NCBI GenBank assembly: GCA_016748015.1
Contig: JAAOMT010000039.1
Span: 15,933-79,932, forward strand
Source: Geosiphon pyriformis uo1
Lineage: Eukaryota; Fungi; Glomeromycota
DNA length: 64,000 nucleotides
Direction: 5' to 3'
A program made the translations under genes and the position numbers. The notes under the pieces were generated by a model, which saw nothing but the letters and a program-made list of their open reading frames with translations, had not been told where the DNA came from and ran no database searches. Below are positions 52,608 through 64,000 of this stretch, piece by piece (position 1 is the stretch's first letter; each line of letters opens with the position of its first letter).

Positions 52608-52890
52608 TGGATAGATTGTAACATAAATAATAGAAAATATTAAGCATTGCTTTAATTATTATTTCTTGCATGGTCAGGTTTTATTAAGCAATGCCTAAAA
52701 AGAATCTCTATTTATCATAATTCCACAATTCCAGCAGTTGTACATGTTGAGCTCTCTAATTTTTTAGATAATAGATATTTTTGATTTCTCAGTTTTGATG
52801 ATTAAATATTGTTAAAAGCAATAATATGCCCAACAAAAGTATTTTTAAACAGCTTTTTAAATGATTTTCTTTGTCTTGCAATTTATCCTG
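52608..52890 (-). mobile_element. Second, more decayed 3'-end relic of the IS607/Fanzor2 element
   Basis: Colinear homology with 58066-58375 (gcaataatatgcccaacaaa, tgtcttgcaatt, cacaattcc.gc.gttgtaca, ggat.gattgtaaca). Confidence 0.8.
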
Positions 52891-54687
52891 TTTTTTTTTT
52901 GCATTGAGGAGTGCGCCCCAACTACCACCTAATAAAATATGAAACTCGTTAATTTATCATGTTTAATATTTTAAACAATAATATTCAATTAACAAATAAA
53001 AATATGTAAATATGTAAATTTACTTTGCGAATATAAAATAATATTATATTATATATATAATTAAGATTTTTACATAATTAACTATATAAATAAAATATTT
53101 TAAAGTCGTAAAAAAATATCATTAATTTATTCTTTATTTAAAAATAATCAAATGTTTTTTGAATATTCTTTTAAATTAAAATCAATTTTATTTTATTTGT
53201 ATTTCTTAAAATTAAAAGAATAGACAGTGGAAGGATCACACTTTGTTAAAGCAATAAAATAAAAATATTTAATTACAAAAGTAAGAAACTTACTTTTGTA
53301 ATTATTAATGCTGACAGAGAATGACACATGATAGGAGCAGCTAACGTGTGACCAGCCATCGGTGCGATTTTTAAATAAATAAGTATTTAAAATAATTAAT
53401 TTTTCTGTTAGTAAAATTGAAAAAATACCAATTAAAACATTAAATTATAACAGTTTAGCATTTTTTATTAACAATTACAAAACTAGTTTTCTATTTTCAA
53501 AAAATTAACAAATGCAATTTTTAAAATTAATAAAATTAATAAAATTGCTTATTAAATTGTTTTTATGTTACAATTTTTTGAATATCTTATATTACTTTTA
53601 CATTATTATTATTTTGCTATTTGTTAACATATTATTTTAATTTATAACAATATAAAAAATGTATAACTATTAAAATTAATTTTTCTATTATTTATAGTTA
53701 AATTTTACTAATAATAATAAATTTTTACAAAAGTTTTTTTAAATAAATTATTTTTGTATAATTTTGTTAAATTAAAATTAAAAATTAGAGAGATGTTTTT
53801 ATCAAATTGTAAGGCTATAAGTTTGGATCACTTAAGTTTTTTTTGTGTTTTTTATAATAATAACTAAAGCAATAATAAGAAAAAGCCAAAACAACCAAGA
53901 AACAATCTTTTTTTTTTTCTTAATATTAAAGTTAATTTTTATAAAATATTTTTATTATTATTTTAAAACTTGGTTTTTTTACATATTATTGGTTTTTTTT
54001 ATTTGCATTAATTATAATGTTTAATTCTTTTTTATCTATAAATAATAATTTTTTATTTTTAAATAATAACAATAATAATAATATATTTGTTAAGTAAATA
54101 TGTATTAGTATTTGGTTATATTATTTAATATATACAATTTTAATTAATTATTACTAATTTTAAAAACAAACAAACAATGTTTTTGCATGTGTTTTTATTA
54201 TTATTTAACCAAAAAATTGAATTAATAAAATAAATATAAAAAGTTTGTTTTTGGTATTTAATTTAATTCATTTAAGTAATTAATAATGTAATATTTTTAT
54301 AATTAATATATAATACTTAAATTGTATAAAAATAGTTGGTGGTTAAATAGTATTTGTTTTAATATTACAAAAATAAATAAATAATAATAATTAATTGTTT
54401 TTATCTAATTTTTAAAAATATTAATAAAATTTAAACTTTGCAAAAAAATTATTATCGATTGAACTACACTTTGTTAAAGCAATGAAAAAAAATTATCATA
54501 ATAATAAGTTTTTAAATGAATCAAAAATACAATTTTAATTAAAAATATTATTATTGTTATATTTTATATTTAATTTGAATAATAATTAAAATATTATAAT
54601 ATATTACATATTTTTTAATTTATATAATGTATTTTAACTTTTAACAAAATAAAAAATATCTTGTATAAAACCATTCAAAAATTTCAA

Positions 54688-54807
54688 TTAAAAATATTAA
54701 AAAACATAAAAGTCTTTTCCAATTAAAAATTAAGACGCTATTTAAAAATATTAAAAAACATAAAAGTCTTTTCCAATTAAAAATTAAGACGCTATTTAAA
54801 AATATTA
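54688..54807. repeat. Exact 54-bp tandem duplication plus 12-bp partial copy
   Basis: Unit ttaaaaatattaaaaaacataaaagtcttttccaattaaaaattaagacgctat x2. Confidence 0.9.
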
Positions 54808-55207
54808 TTAGATTTAAATATTATAGTTTTGAAATTGAAGTAATTGATAAAAAAAACAATAATATATATTATTATTTAAAATTAGAATTATCAAAAAAAC
54901 TGATTTTTTAATATTATTAGTTCAGTTATTCTTGGACTTTCTCATATTAGCTATTTAATCAATGATTATTGCTCATCACGCACAGGAGTAAACATTTAAT
55001 TCCACAGATTATGGGATTTAGAGTCGTGTCCGTCTAGGTTTCACAAAATAATAACTCAAACAACCGTCTTGCCCAAGACAATCAAACATTTTCTTTAGGC
55101 GTCAGAAAAGGTAATAAGATACTTGAAACCCTGTTTAATCACAAGAGATTCTTTAAATAATTAACCCCCATGCCGTTTCGTTTCATGGTTCAATTAAATC
55201 TTTTGAG

Positions 55208-56574
55208 ATGAGTTTCTTGCGAAGTCAATCAAACTCTGCTACCCCCATTCAAACCACCACTTCCTTTTTACGCCGTAGCGGTAACGCACGCAATAACACA
55301 CTCACGGAGGAAGATGTATCGGAACGGGACGCTGAGGGTGAAAGACAACCAAAGCCACAGTTCAACTCTGAATGTTTTCGTAGGATGGAGTTGATGATTG
55401 AATTGTTAGTAGCAATTTTTTATGGTTACTATAGTTGACCAAAGTACGTTAATTAACTTCATCCCATTTTAACTAAACCTTTATGTGCGAATCTAGCACA
55501 AATCTTCGTAACCCAAGGCACTGTCCAAGTGGGGTTTATGTCATGCCAGCCGCTGATAACTTTCATAGTGAGTCTAGGGGATAGTGGGATATCTTTACGA
55601 TTTTTTTATATTAATATTGTTTCTTATTCATGCAATAGTGTGGTTCGGCGTCATTTTTGTCCACAAAGGATACTATAAAAATGGAGTATTTAAATTTCGT
55701 ATAATTATTCCCAATGAATATCCTTTGTCATCGAAAAATTTTTCATTCTTTGACCTGAGAATTGTACTTTCAACCTATAATTTCATTCCTTAACCCTAAA
55801 TATGTTTCTTTCATTACATACCCGGAAAAGCGACCTACTGTGTCCTTCATCGACAGTGATCTATTCCATCCACTGATTGATCCCAACACCGGCGCTTTTT
55901 CGTTGGCCCAGGAGTTTAGAGATTGGGCCCCGCACAAATATTACATTTTCCATATTCTTCATTATATCAAAAAGTCATTCAAGAAAATGGTGCTAGATAA
56001 TTTAGTCGAAAAGCATTGCCTCAATAAGAAGGCTTTCAGCACGTTTGTATATCAAAAATATTTAAATCTTCAAGAAATTTAGCGAGAGAACGACTAATTC
56101 CAGTTTCTAAATCTTTAGTTATCGTGATGAAATATATACATTCGACAAAATGGCAAAACAATGTGCCAATCTCTCAATTTCTGGAACCAAATTATATGAA
56201 AATCACATCGAGTCAAATGATGCAAGCTCCAAGAATGATTCAAACCCCATTCGTTTTACAAAGCTGGAGGGCGAGGATTTTCGTAAGCCGAAATTTATTG
56301 CATTTGTTTCTTTTTGCAACAGAATTTTTATTTACTGGTTTTCTTATCCTGATAATTTAATAGAGCTATTGGAAGAGCTTAAGAAGACTTATCTTGTAAC
56401 CCCGGTAATATATTTAATGCAATTCTTTGTTTTCAGTCAAAGCTAGCTGTGATGAAGTCACAAAAACTTACCGAATGGTCAATGTTCATTAAATCATAGG
56501 TGTCACCTGAGAAGGATAAGGAAAGGCTTACTCTTCCGTCAAGAAGGAGTTACTCTACTAATTCGATTCTTTGA
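55208..56574 (+). CDS. AKTIP: AKT-interacting protein / FTS (ubiquitin E2-variant of the FTS-Hook-FHIP complex), 7 exons
   Basis: Spliced product ELMIEF..CPSGVYVMP..WFGVIFVHKGYYKNGVFKFRIIIPNEYPEKRPTVSF..LFHPLIDPNTG..DW.P..IFHILHYIKKSF. The UBC fold has no catalytic Cys after the HP motif. Confidence 0.88.
55718..55817 (+). other. U12-type (minor spliceosome) AT-AC intron
   Basis: 5' splice site ATATCCTTT, branch site TTCCTTAAC (55786-55794), 3' splice site TAC. Removal gives GA|A TAC CCG = E-Y-P and joins the two ORF frames. Confidence 0.92.
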
Positions 56575-58065
56575 GGATGAACGCTTTTAAAAACAAGTTC
56601 TTTTTATTTATAACATCGTACATGTATCTTCTATTCTTTGATCTTTCTTGAGTACAATAATTTTGTAATATAAAATAAATAAATTGAAATCTCCCAACTT
56701 TTAAGGCATTTTCGCAATTTCTCCTGTTAGCATGCTTTTAGTGTCAAATCCCATTTGAGAAATTGTGCTCGTTGATTAGATTCATTTTATCCAATGATGC
56801 CTATTGATTGTAAAGATCAAAGTCTACTCTTACAAGATTAAATTAAAAATTATGCGATCAATATGAATGAATAAGCGTAGAAAATTATTAGTGTGAGTTG
56901 TAACTCTGAAAATCCAAAAAAAATACCCGCGACGCAACGCGCAGCACGACGTCTTGTCCTTTAAGAGTTTATTAGAAATTTTCAAAAAGAGCTAGCAGCG
57001 CGTGACTTGTCCTCCCAACATCAGGGCTTATTTCGAACTACACTCTCCTTTCTCCATGGCCTTTTCCAAAATGACAAGGCCATATTTTGATAAAACTTCA
57101 ACACTGATGCCACAAAGTTCATCAGGAGTTTCACTACGAATGGTTATACTCGATTCCTCATTTTAATCCGCTTACCAAGGCTTATTTGAAATCATTGCTT
57201 AATTCAGTGAATACTTTCAGTTTTTCCATGTTAACCCAGAATCCGTCCAATAATGAACTGTCAAGTGGTGTGAGAAACAAAAATCGATGAAGCCCCATTC
57301 ACCTTTGACGCTTATACTCCAGACAAAACAATTAAACCCGAGGATGCGAGTTCAGTAGATCAATTTTTAATGACGGAAATATTGGCACAGTCGATCCATA
57401 ACTAATACGGCAAATTTGGTCAATCTTTCACTTTCTGATGCCTTGAAAAACATCACAATCGGGATCATTTGAAAATTGGAATATAATTGTTTTTTATATA
57501 CATCCAGCCTTTTTCTAAAAAACATTAGTATTATTTAAATGTTTTTTCGAGCAGTTGAAAAGATCACTTGTTAACACCAAATTCATTCTAAAGATATATT
57601 TTAATTTGCAATTCTGTAACTTAGCAGCTTGGAAGAATAAATCATTCAAGGTTTTAGCTAAAATACTGCAGAATAAACAATTATTAAACATATATATATT
57701 AATTGATATTGCTATTTTTTTATAATTTGATTCATTAAAATAAAATAAAAAATATAATGCAATTATTGGCAATATTTTACAAATTTATTTTCAAACTACA
57801 TAATAGCTTATTTATTTTATATTTTTGATAACAAGTAAAACAATTAAGACTTTCTATTATAATTGCTTTTCTTATTTTTAGTTTTGATAATTTTTTTTAC
57901 TTTTTTTTCAAGTAATATCTCTTTCCTTTTTATTAACACCTTATTTTTAAAACACCCAACAATTTATTTAAACCAGGTTTTTAACAATAAAAATTGGGAT
58001 TATCAAAATTCTTAGAAATTTGACTTTTAAAATTTCTTATTAAAGCTCAAATAATAGTTTAACAT

Positions 58066-58145
58066 CGGATGGATTGTAACACATCAATAATAGGCAATAC
58101 TAAGTATTACTATGTAACGCCTATTATTTCCTGTATGGTCACCGT
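58066..58145 (-). ncRNA. Putative Fanzor omegaRNA scaffold (3' part) / element right end
   Basis: Lies immediately after the Fanzor ORF. Perfect 10-bp stem AATAATAGGC/GCCTATTATT (58086-58095 and 58119-58128). Conserved in the relic at 52608-52677, where homology stops at ...TGTTACAATCYATCCR. Confidence 0.6.
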
Positions 58146-59170
58146 AGGATCCCCCGAGCGCCACTTTCATCTCTATATTTAACAATCACACAATTCCGGC
58201 TGTTGTACACTTTGGACCCTCCAATTCTTTGATATCTAAGCTTCGTTCTGGATAATAACACGGATCCCCAATTCCTCGGCCTTGATGATCAGACGTTGTC
58301 AAAAGCGATAATATGCCCAACAAAGCATTTTACGAACCATTTTTCGTGTAATATTTGTTGTCTTGCAATTCACCATGTCCAACACTGTAAAAGGAAAAAT
58401 GACAATGGCGTCGAATTCACGGGTAAAGAATCCAATTGATTTCAGGTGAACTTCACTTTGCAAATGTATAACTTTTCACCGCATCTGAAAAATTACATTT
58501 CCAGTAGCCGGGCCATTTTATTCTTACGTTTTGAGGAGGATACTAATAACTTATCCTTTTGGAAGATGAGATAGTCCAAGTAATTACAAATGCAAACTAT
58601 AAATCCAATAGAACGTTCACCAATCTTGCCTACATCTTTCGTGGGAGAGTACCATATAAAAGGTATACGGATGCCGTGATAAATGGAGACTGCATGAAAG
58701 ATCCATCCGCTTGGGTTTCGCGGAGCTGTTTTTGTATCTCGTATACCTAGGTAAACTTCCACACGTTAGTTTTGCGAGAGTAGGCTAGCTTGTTATCTGA
58801 CATTATCTTGGAAAACCGGTCACCTATTATTATTCCTCTTTTTTTTCGAAAATGAAGAGGCCACAAAGCGTGCTTGCCATTATCCAGAATGGTAATAGGC
58901 TTGTAACTATGTGTGGTAAGCACCGACGGATTATGGAGATGAGTGATATAAAACCTGCTCCATGTGGATTTGAAAAATTTTGCGTACGAATTGTCATTGT
59001 TTATCGCTGATCTTTTCGAGATCGAAATGATCGAGTGTGCTGATAAAAACGTTTGTCCCTTTTTGGTTCAGGTTTGAATTTTGCTAATTTATATTACGCC
59101 TAATCAGTAATCAATGCTTCATCGAAGCAAAATACCGAAATACACAACAGTTCACATGAACTTGCGCTTG
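58139..59170 (-). pseudogene. Fanzor2 / TnpB-family RNA-guided nuclease
   Basis: SFRSRKD, VSIYHGIRIPFIWYSP (from VSIDPG; RuvC-I), LQSEVHLK..FFTREFDAIVIFPF.VLDMV, RKMLCWAYYRF*QRL, VIIQNEA*ISK (shifted RuvC Glu), IGGSKVYN..NC and RDESGARGI (RuvC-III). Confidence 0.9.
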
Positions 59171-59184
59171 CCCCATTTTGGAGT

Positions 59185-59560
59185 TTCTTGTCTTCGTGTT
59201 CATTAGCTCTCCTTCCCTGTAGTAGCAAATAAAAACTATATTGATGGCAAGAATATCTTGTGAAAGATGTATTGGAAGAGGTCGAAGGCAAAGCGGCAAA
59301 GCCTATCGCGATGGGTGATCACAATTTCCGAGACCATTGCGCGGCTTCTTTCTTCCAATAGGATCTTTAAGCCCTAATCGTTTGAAATTGATACCTGACC
59401 CGAGATCGCTGAGGAGTTCTTAGGTTGGAAATCGAGAGAGGAGGAGTTGTTTTTGTCGCTCGAGATCCTGTTTTTGCTTGTACTAGGCGTAGAAGTAAAG
59501 TTTCTTGGTGGTATCAGCATTTTGAGAAGTTTGTTCAGGAAAGGAGTATTTATTTTCGCG
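59185..59560 (-). pseudogene. IS607-family TnpA serine recombinase
   Basis: YFYA..KQKQDLERQKQLL..FP..ELLSDLGSGINFKRLGL..VSEIVITHRDRLCRFAFDLFQYIF..QDILAINIVF..GRRA. The catalytic RVSS appears deleted. Confidence 0.9.
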
Positions 59561-60042
59561 GTCAAGCATTACTAAGCAGGTTATTGGTATTTTTATTGAT
59601 GGCATTATTAAGCAAATCTTTCATCAGTTAGAATGTCTTTTAGATTTTCCTAATGTATCATTGATTGGTGCTACCAAACCCAGCCAATCCACAATAAGGA
59701 TGATGACATCTAAGCGGGAGTGTAATGTGACGCAACAGTTGACATAGGTTATAAACAGAGCATAGGATTGGTCCGCGGCACAAGAAGAGAGACAAATACT
59801 CAACTTATGTGTTTTAGACCTTATCATTTCTATTATAAAATCATCTCAATTCACACCCTCTGATCCTCGACGTTCCAAGGTTCACAACTAGCGAACACAA
59901 GGCGCTTTTGAGAAACTGGTTTCTTTCCTCCTTGGACAAAAGGCCACACTTCGAGCAGATTATTTATCATTCCTTTAATCTCAAACATCTTAACTATCCT
60001 TCTATAAAGTTACCTAGCTAAAGCGTAAAAATTTTCACAACA

Positions 60043-61510
60043 ATGTCAGTTGACCTCGAACCTCCAAATCAACTCTCGTTTACTCGTATGTATGAAGTTC
60101 GATTGCTACCGAGACATATGTATATTTTGGTTTAGAGTACTTCAGATCAAGACTTTGTCGATATTTCTTTCACCTGATCCTGTACATCCAATGGTCAAAT
60201 TATTTTTTGTGCTAAATTCTCTTTAATTTTAGGGCCTTTTACACAAACTGTTAAAGAGTGTCTCACCGTGAGTAATCCTAATCATGAGCCTGTCGCTTTT
60301 AAGGTTAAGACAACTGCTCCAAAACAGTATTGCGTAAGGCCAAATTCCGGAAGGATTGAAGCTGGTCAAAGTGTTACAGTCCAAGGTAATTTCTATAGGG
60401 CGTCATCTACTTTTATATGTGTCAATTTATTATCTATGAAATTCTGGTATTGCAATAAATGTTATTTAAACTGTTTCCTTACTATTCTTAAATTTCATTT
60501 ACAATAGTTGTTCTTCAGCCCATGAAAGAAGATCCACCTCTCGACTATAAATGTAAAGACAAGTTTTTAGTGCAGAGTGTTGCTATCACGCCTGATCGGG
60601 AGACTTTAACTTTGCCTGAATTGGTTAGAAATAATATATACCTTAATAAGGTCATTGCCACATATTTCCTTTGATTAATCATAAAATTTTTACAGTGGGC
60701 CATAACGGAAAGACAATCAAAAGAGCTGATCAAAGAAAATAAAATTCGATGCATTTACCTTCCACCCCTTGCACCGAGTTTCCTTAATCATACTGCCGTT
60801 CAACCTTCTTCTTTACCATCTGGCTTCAATCCACCACCCTCACCGACCGAGCAATTTAGTGTTCCTGCCACCAGTATAGCTTCTGATTCAATGGTATATA
60901 TCATTCAAAATGTTTATAGCCTGCTTTAGAAAAACATACCCTTTAAAAGTGGTTTGTTTCTGCAATTTCTTTTTCACAGGCCAATTCCCCTGTTGATCGG
61001 CTGACGCACTCAAATTATTCCACAGTCAAGGAAAGTTCTGCTTCACCATTTGAAAAAAATCCGATTTCAAACGTTGAGCGCTCTTCAGCTCCAATGAACG
61101 TCACCAATGGGAATGATCATAATCAAATCCCCCCAACACCAACTTTTGTAGGCACATTCCCGAAAGATGAGAAAGAACACCATTTCAGATCCAAAAATAC
61201 CTACATCAGTGATGCTTCATCTGGCGTTGATGATGAAGCTACTCGTTTACGACGTCAATTAAATGAGGCACAAGAAGAAATAAAACGCCTCAATCATGTA
61301 GTTGAAAATTACAAGCAAGAATTGGATACTGCCCGTATGAGGCAGCGTAAGAGTGAGGAGGTCGCTGAAAAAGCTGGTAGAAATAGTTCTTCGGCTAATG
61401 CTGGTTTTGCTGTCCGAACACAAGAAAAAATTCCCGAAGGATATTATCCATTTGAATTTATTGTGGGTGCAGCTGTGGCCGCCTTTTTGTTTGGAGTTAT
61501 GTTTTTCTAA
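60043..61510 (+). CDS. SCS2: VAP/Scs2-family ER membrane protein (MSP domain, coiled coil, C-terminal TM), 5 exons
   Basis: [54 protein letters not shown]; C-terminal coiled coil and tail anchor; GT-AG introns. Confidence 0.93.
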
Positions 61511-62689
61511 ACTAAGGTCGCTTAAAACAATGATGGGGAACAAATTTCAGGTACTTGGTTTTCCTTCTTGTTCTTTCGTATATGAGATTTGATTTATTTA
61601 TCGCTTCTAAAGATATCTTTTCCTTTGAGTTTCCCATAATTAATTGAACCTAATAATTTCATATTATTTCTAAGTAGGTAAATTCTATTTCTCACGAACA
61701 TTGGATATATGAATCGCTAGTCCTGAAACCTAGATATACAAAACTGAATCCCTGGGTTTTCTTCCTTACTTTCTCTTCATCTTTCTCATCACACATTATC
61801 ACGATGGCATGATTGCTTTGGACTTTCTGCTGATTAGTAATCTTAGCCTGTTAGAAATTAGGACGGGGTCTGGAATGTCTCTGCCTATGATCATTTTTGC
61901 TCCCTGGCTATAAACATTTTAAAAACTTTATTTTTGAAACCTTTTTAACATAATAGCATCCTCTCCCGCCTCTAATGCTGGTGTAGAAATTATATCGTAT
62001 AAAGGTTTAAATTACGTTGGACCTATATTCAATCCAGCTTTAATGTTTTATATGATATTCTTAACCATATATATTCACCTTTTTTCTCAAGCTGTTATAT
62101 TTCGCTTCAATCTTTTGTATTATTAGAAGTAACAGCAAGATTTCATTCTTTAAGTCTATCGAAGTTTTAGCCAAGTATTTAAAAAGCGGGGAATCTGCCG
62201 CGCCGAATTTGAGTGATGTATGATAGAATTTTAACAAGTTGATAACTTGTAACATTGGCTGGCTGAGCAATCACGGATAAAAACCATTCAAATAATTCTG
62301 TTTTTGAATCGATTAAAAAGTTAATAACTAAAATTTTTATTATCAATTGTATACGATTAAAATCAAAAAATCAAAAAATAATAACAATAATAAATTATTA
62401 TGAAAATGTTTAATTCAATATTTTATTTAAATTAATGATTATTATTATATCTAAAAAAATTCAAAATATTTTATTTTTACATTTTAATATTATAAAATTA
62501 AAAATTAATTAAACATTAAAATTAATTAACAGATTAGTGAATAGAATAATTCTATTTTGGAAACCTATGAAAATACATGTATTAGAAAAGATATTATTTT
62601 CGATTAGAATGATTTATATTTATTAAAGTCAAACCTTTTTCCAGCAAAAGCCTTCTTTTTACTAGATTCAAATTTATTTTGATCAGCTA

Positions 62690-62950
62690 TAGTTTACAAA
62701 TGATCCTGATGAAATAGAAGATTCCAAAAACCAAAAGATCATGAAAATTTTTTGCATCGTATGAAAAGAAAAACTAGCTCGTTTTGTTTTGACGTATCAT
62801 AGATGCTGAGTGTTATGTTGAAATTTTGCAACAGCATGTTGGAAAGTTAATGGAATAGTTGGGAAAAAGTGACGCTTTCAAAAAGATAACAATCTCAAGA
62901 AAACAAGTCGAGTCGCTAGAAAATGTCCCTGAAGTTATTGACTAACTGCA
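62690..62950 (+). mobile_element. Tc1/mariner transposase relic
   Basis: Homologous to 12040-12250 (tatcatagatg..aaattttgcaacagcatgttggaaa..acaagtcgagt); reads RFQKDNNLKKTSR. Confidence 0.75.
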
Positions 62951-64000
62951 AAATATGGTTTATCAATTCAGTTAGTTGAATTATCGAATATATCAATATA
63001 TTAATCATATGATTCCGTGCGATCTTCGTGAAACATATAAAACCAGCCTATATTTTGAATTTGGAGGTAGAAAATCTATCAAAAGATTTCGCAAACGGGA
63101 GCACTTTTAAAGTTACCCTAGCGAAGATTATTGTATTCCATCGACTAACACTTCATTTGTAGATTGGAATTTTTGAAGAAGACATTTTTAGCCCCAGGTT
63201 GTTTATAATGGAATTCGGATCACAAAAGTTTAAAAATAATGTTTTTCTAATAGTTGAGATCATTATATATTTGAAGTCTATTTTAAATTTTCACTGTAAT
63301 TAAATTCAGAAATCCAAAAAGTAAATTAAAAAATTGATACAAATTTGCATTCAAAGTGGTTTCTTATTTTTCAGCATTATTTTGTGCAACGCTTTGAAAT
63401 GAGAAAGTTAAAAAAAAATTTGGAATTTGGAATTAGATCGTAAATTTGCAAAAATTTATTTCAGAAAACACTGTTTTTACCCCCTGGAATTAGAGTATAA
63501 AATCTTGAAGATATTTCTACCATTTTTTTTTTGCAATCGAACAGATAAACCTTGCAAGAGAAAATTGAAATACTAAAAAATAAAAATTTATTGCAATATT
63601 TATTACTAAGGACAAATTTGTTCAATTAAAAGGTAACTTTTATATCCTGAATACTAAAAAAATATAGGCAAGATTTTTGCTCTTAAGATAGAAAAAATTG
63701 CCCAAAATTTTTATATTTTTTAATAGATGTATACGATTCGTTAAAAGAAATGCCGAGCAATCTTGCGGGTTCTTCAATTCTCGCAATAAGAATTTCTTGA
63801 GACCTTGAATACAAATTGGCTTCCATGATCATAAATTGGCCTCTTGATATGTAAATGGAATTTGAAAGTTGTCTTCTAATACAATTTTATAATAAATAAT
63901 GATGCAAATATTTGGCTTTTCCTGTATAAAAGCCCGCAACAAAATTAAACAATCACAAACATAGCAAAATGGGAAATTAAAGGTATTTTTGAATTAACAA

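Larger units (their letters stand above)
58066..59600 (-). mobile_element. IS607-like eukaryotic transposon (TnpA serine recombinase + Fanzor2), decayed; left end approximate
   Basis: Consecutive same-strand, intronless TnpA and TnpB-family relics; GC-richer than the flanks; right end defined by the second copy. Confidence 0.88.

Noticed and set aside
53238-54483. 18-bp direct repeat acactttgttaaagcaat ~1.2 kb apart
   Set aside because: Could be a TSD or element end, but nothing recognisable lies between the copies.
54688-54807. Tandem repeat considered as a CRISPR-like or guide array
   Set aside because: Two contiguous identical units with no spacers; simple slippage duplication.
1-64000. 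tRNA, rRNA or CRISPR arrays
   Set aside because: None recognised by eye; tRNAscan-SE or Infernal would be needed to exclude small RNAs.

Overview
Very AT-rich, intron-containing eukaryotic DNA. The gene content points to a Glomeromycotina fungus; the GHG-type lipase-3 makes Geosiphon or a relative plausible, but that is inference only. Intact genes: a class-3 lipase-like protein lacking the catalytic Ser, three BTB-BACK-TLDc genes, a DUF1774-like polytopic membrane protein, two single-pass Ser/Thr-rich membrane proteins, an F-box/LRR protein, an AKTIP/FTS E2-variant and a VAP/Scs2 gene. The BTB-TLDc cluster also holds about five broken copies, including a ~4.2-kb head-to-head palindrome and mosaic copies. 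Mobile DNA includes Tc1/mariner elements and MITEs, a solo LTR and a virus-like tandem NUMOD4-HNH-NUMOD1 endonuclease relic. Two signals are invisible in the ORF track. (1) A decayed IS607-type element at ~58.07-59.6 kb (minus strand) encodes a serine-recombinase TnpA plus a Fanzor2 (eukaryotic TnpB, RNA-guided nuclease); its hairpin-forming 3' end (putative omegaRNA) recurs in a second relic at ~52.6-52.9 kb. (2) A consensus U12-type AT-AC minor intron restores the AKTIP reading frame. All translations were done by eye and relic boundaries are approximate.
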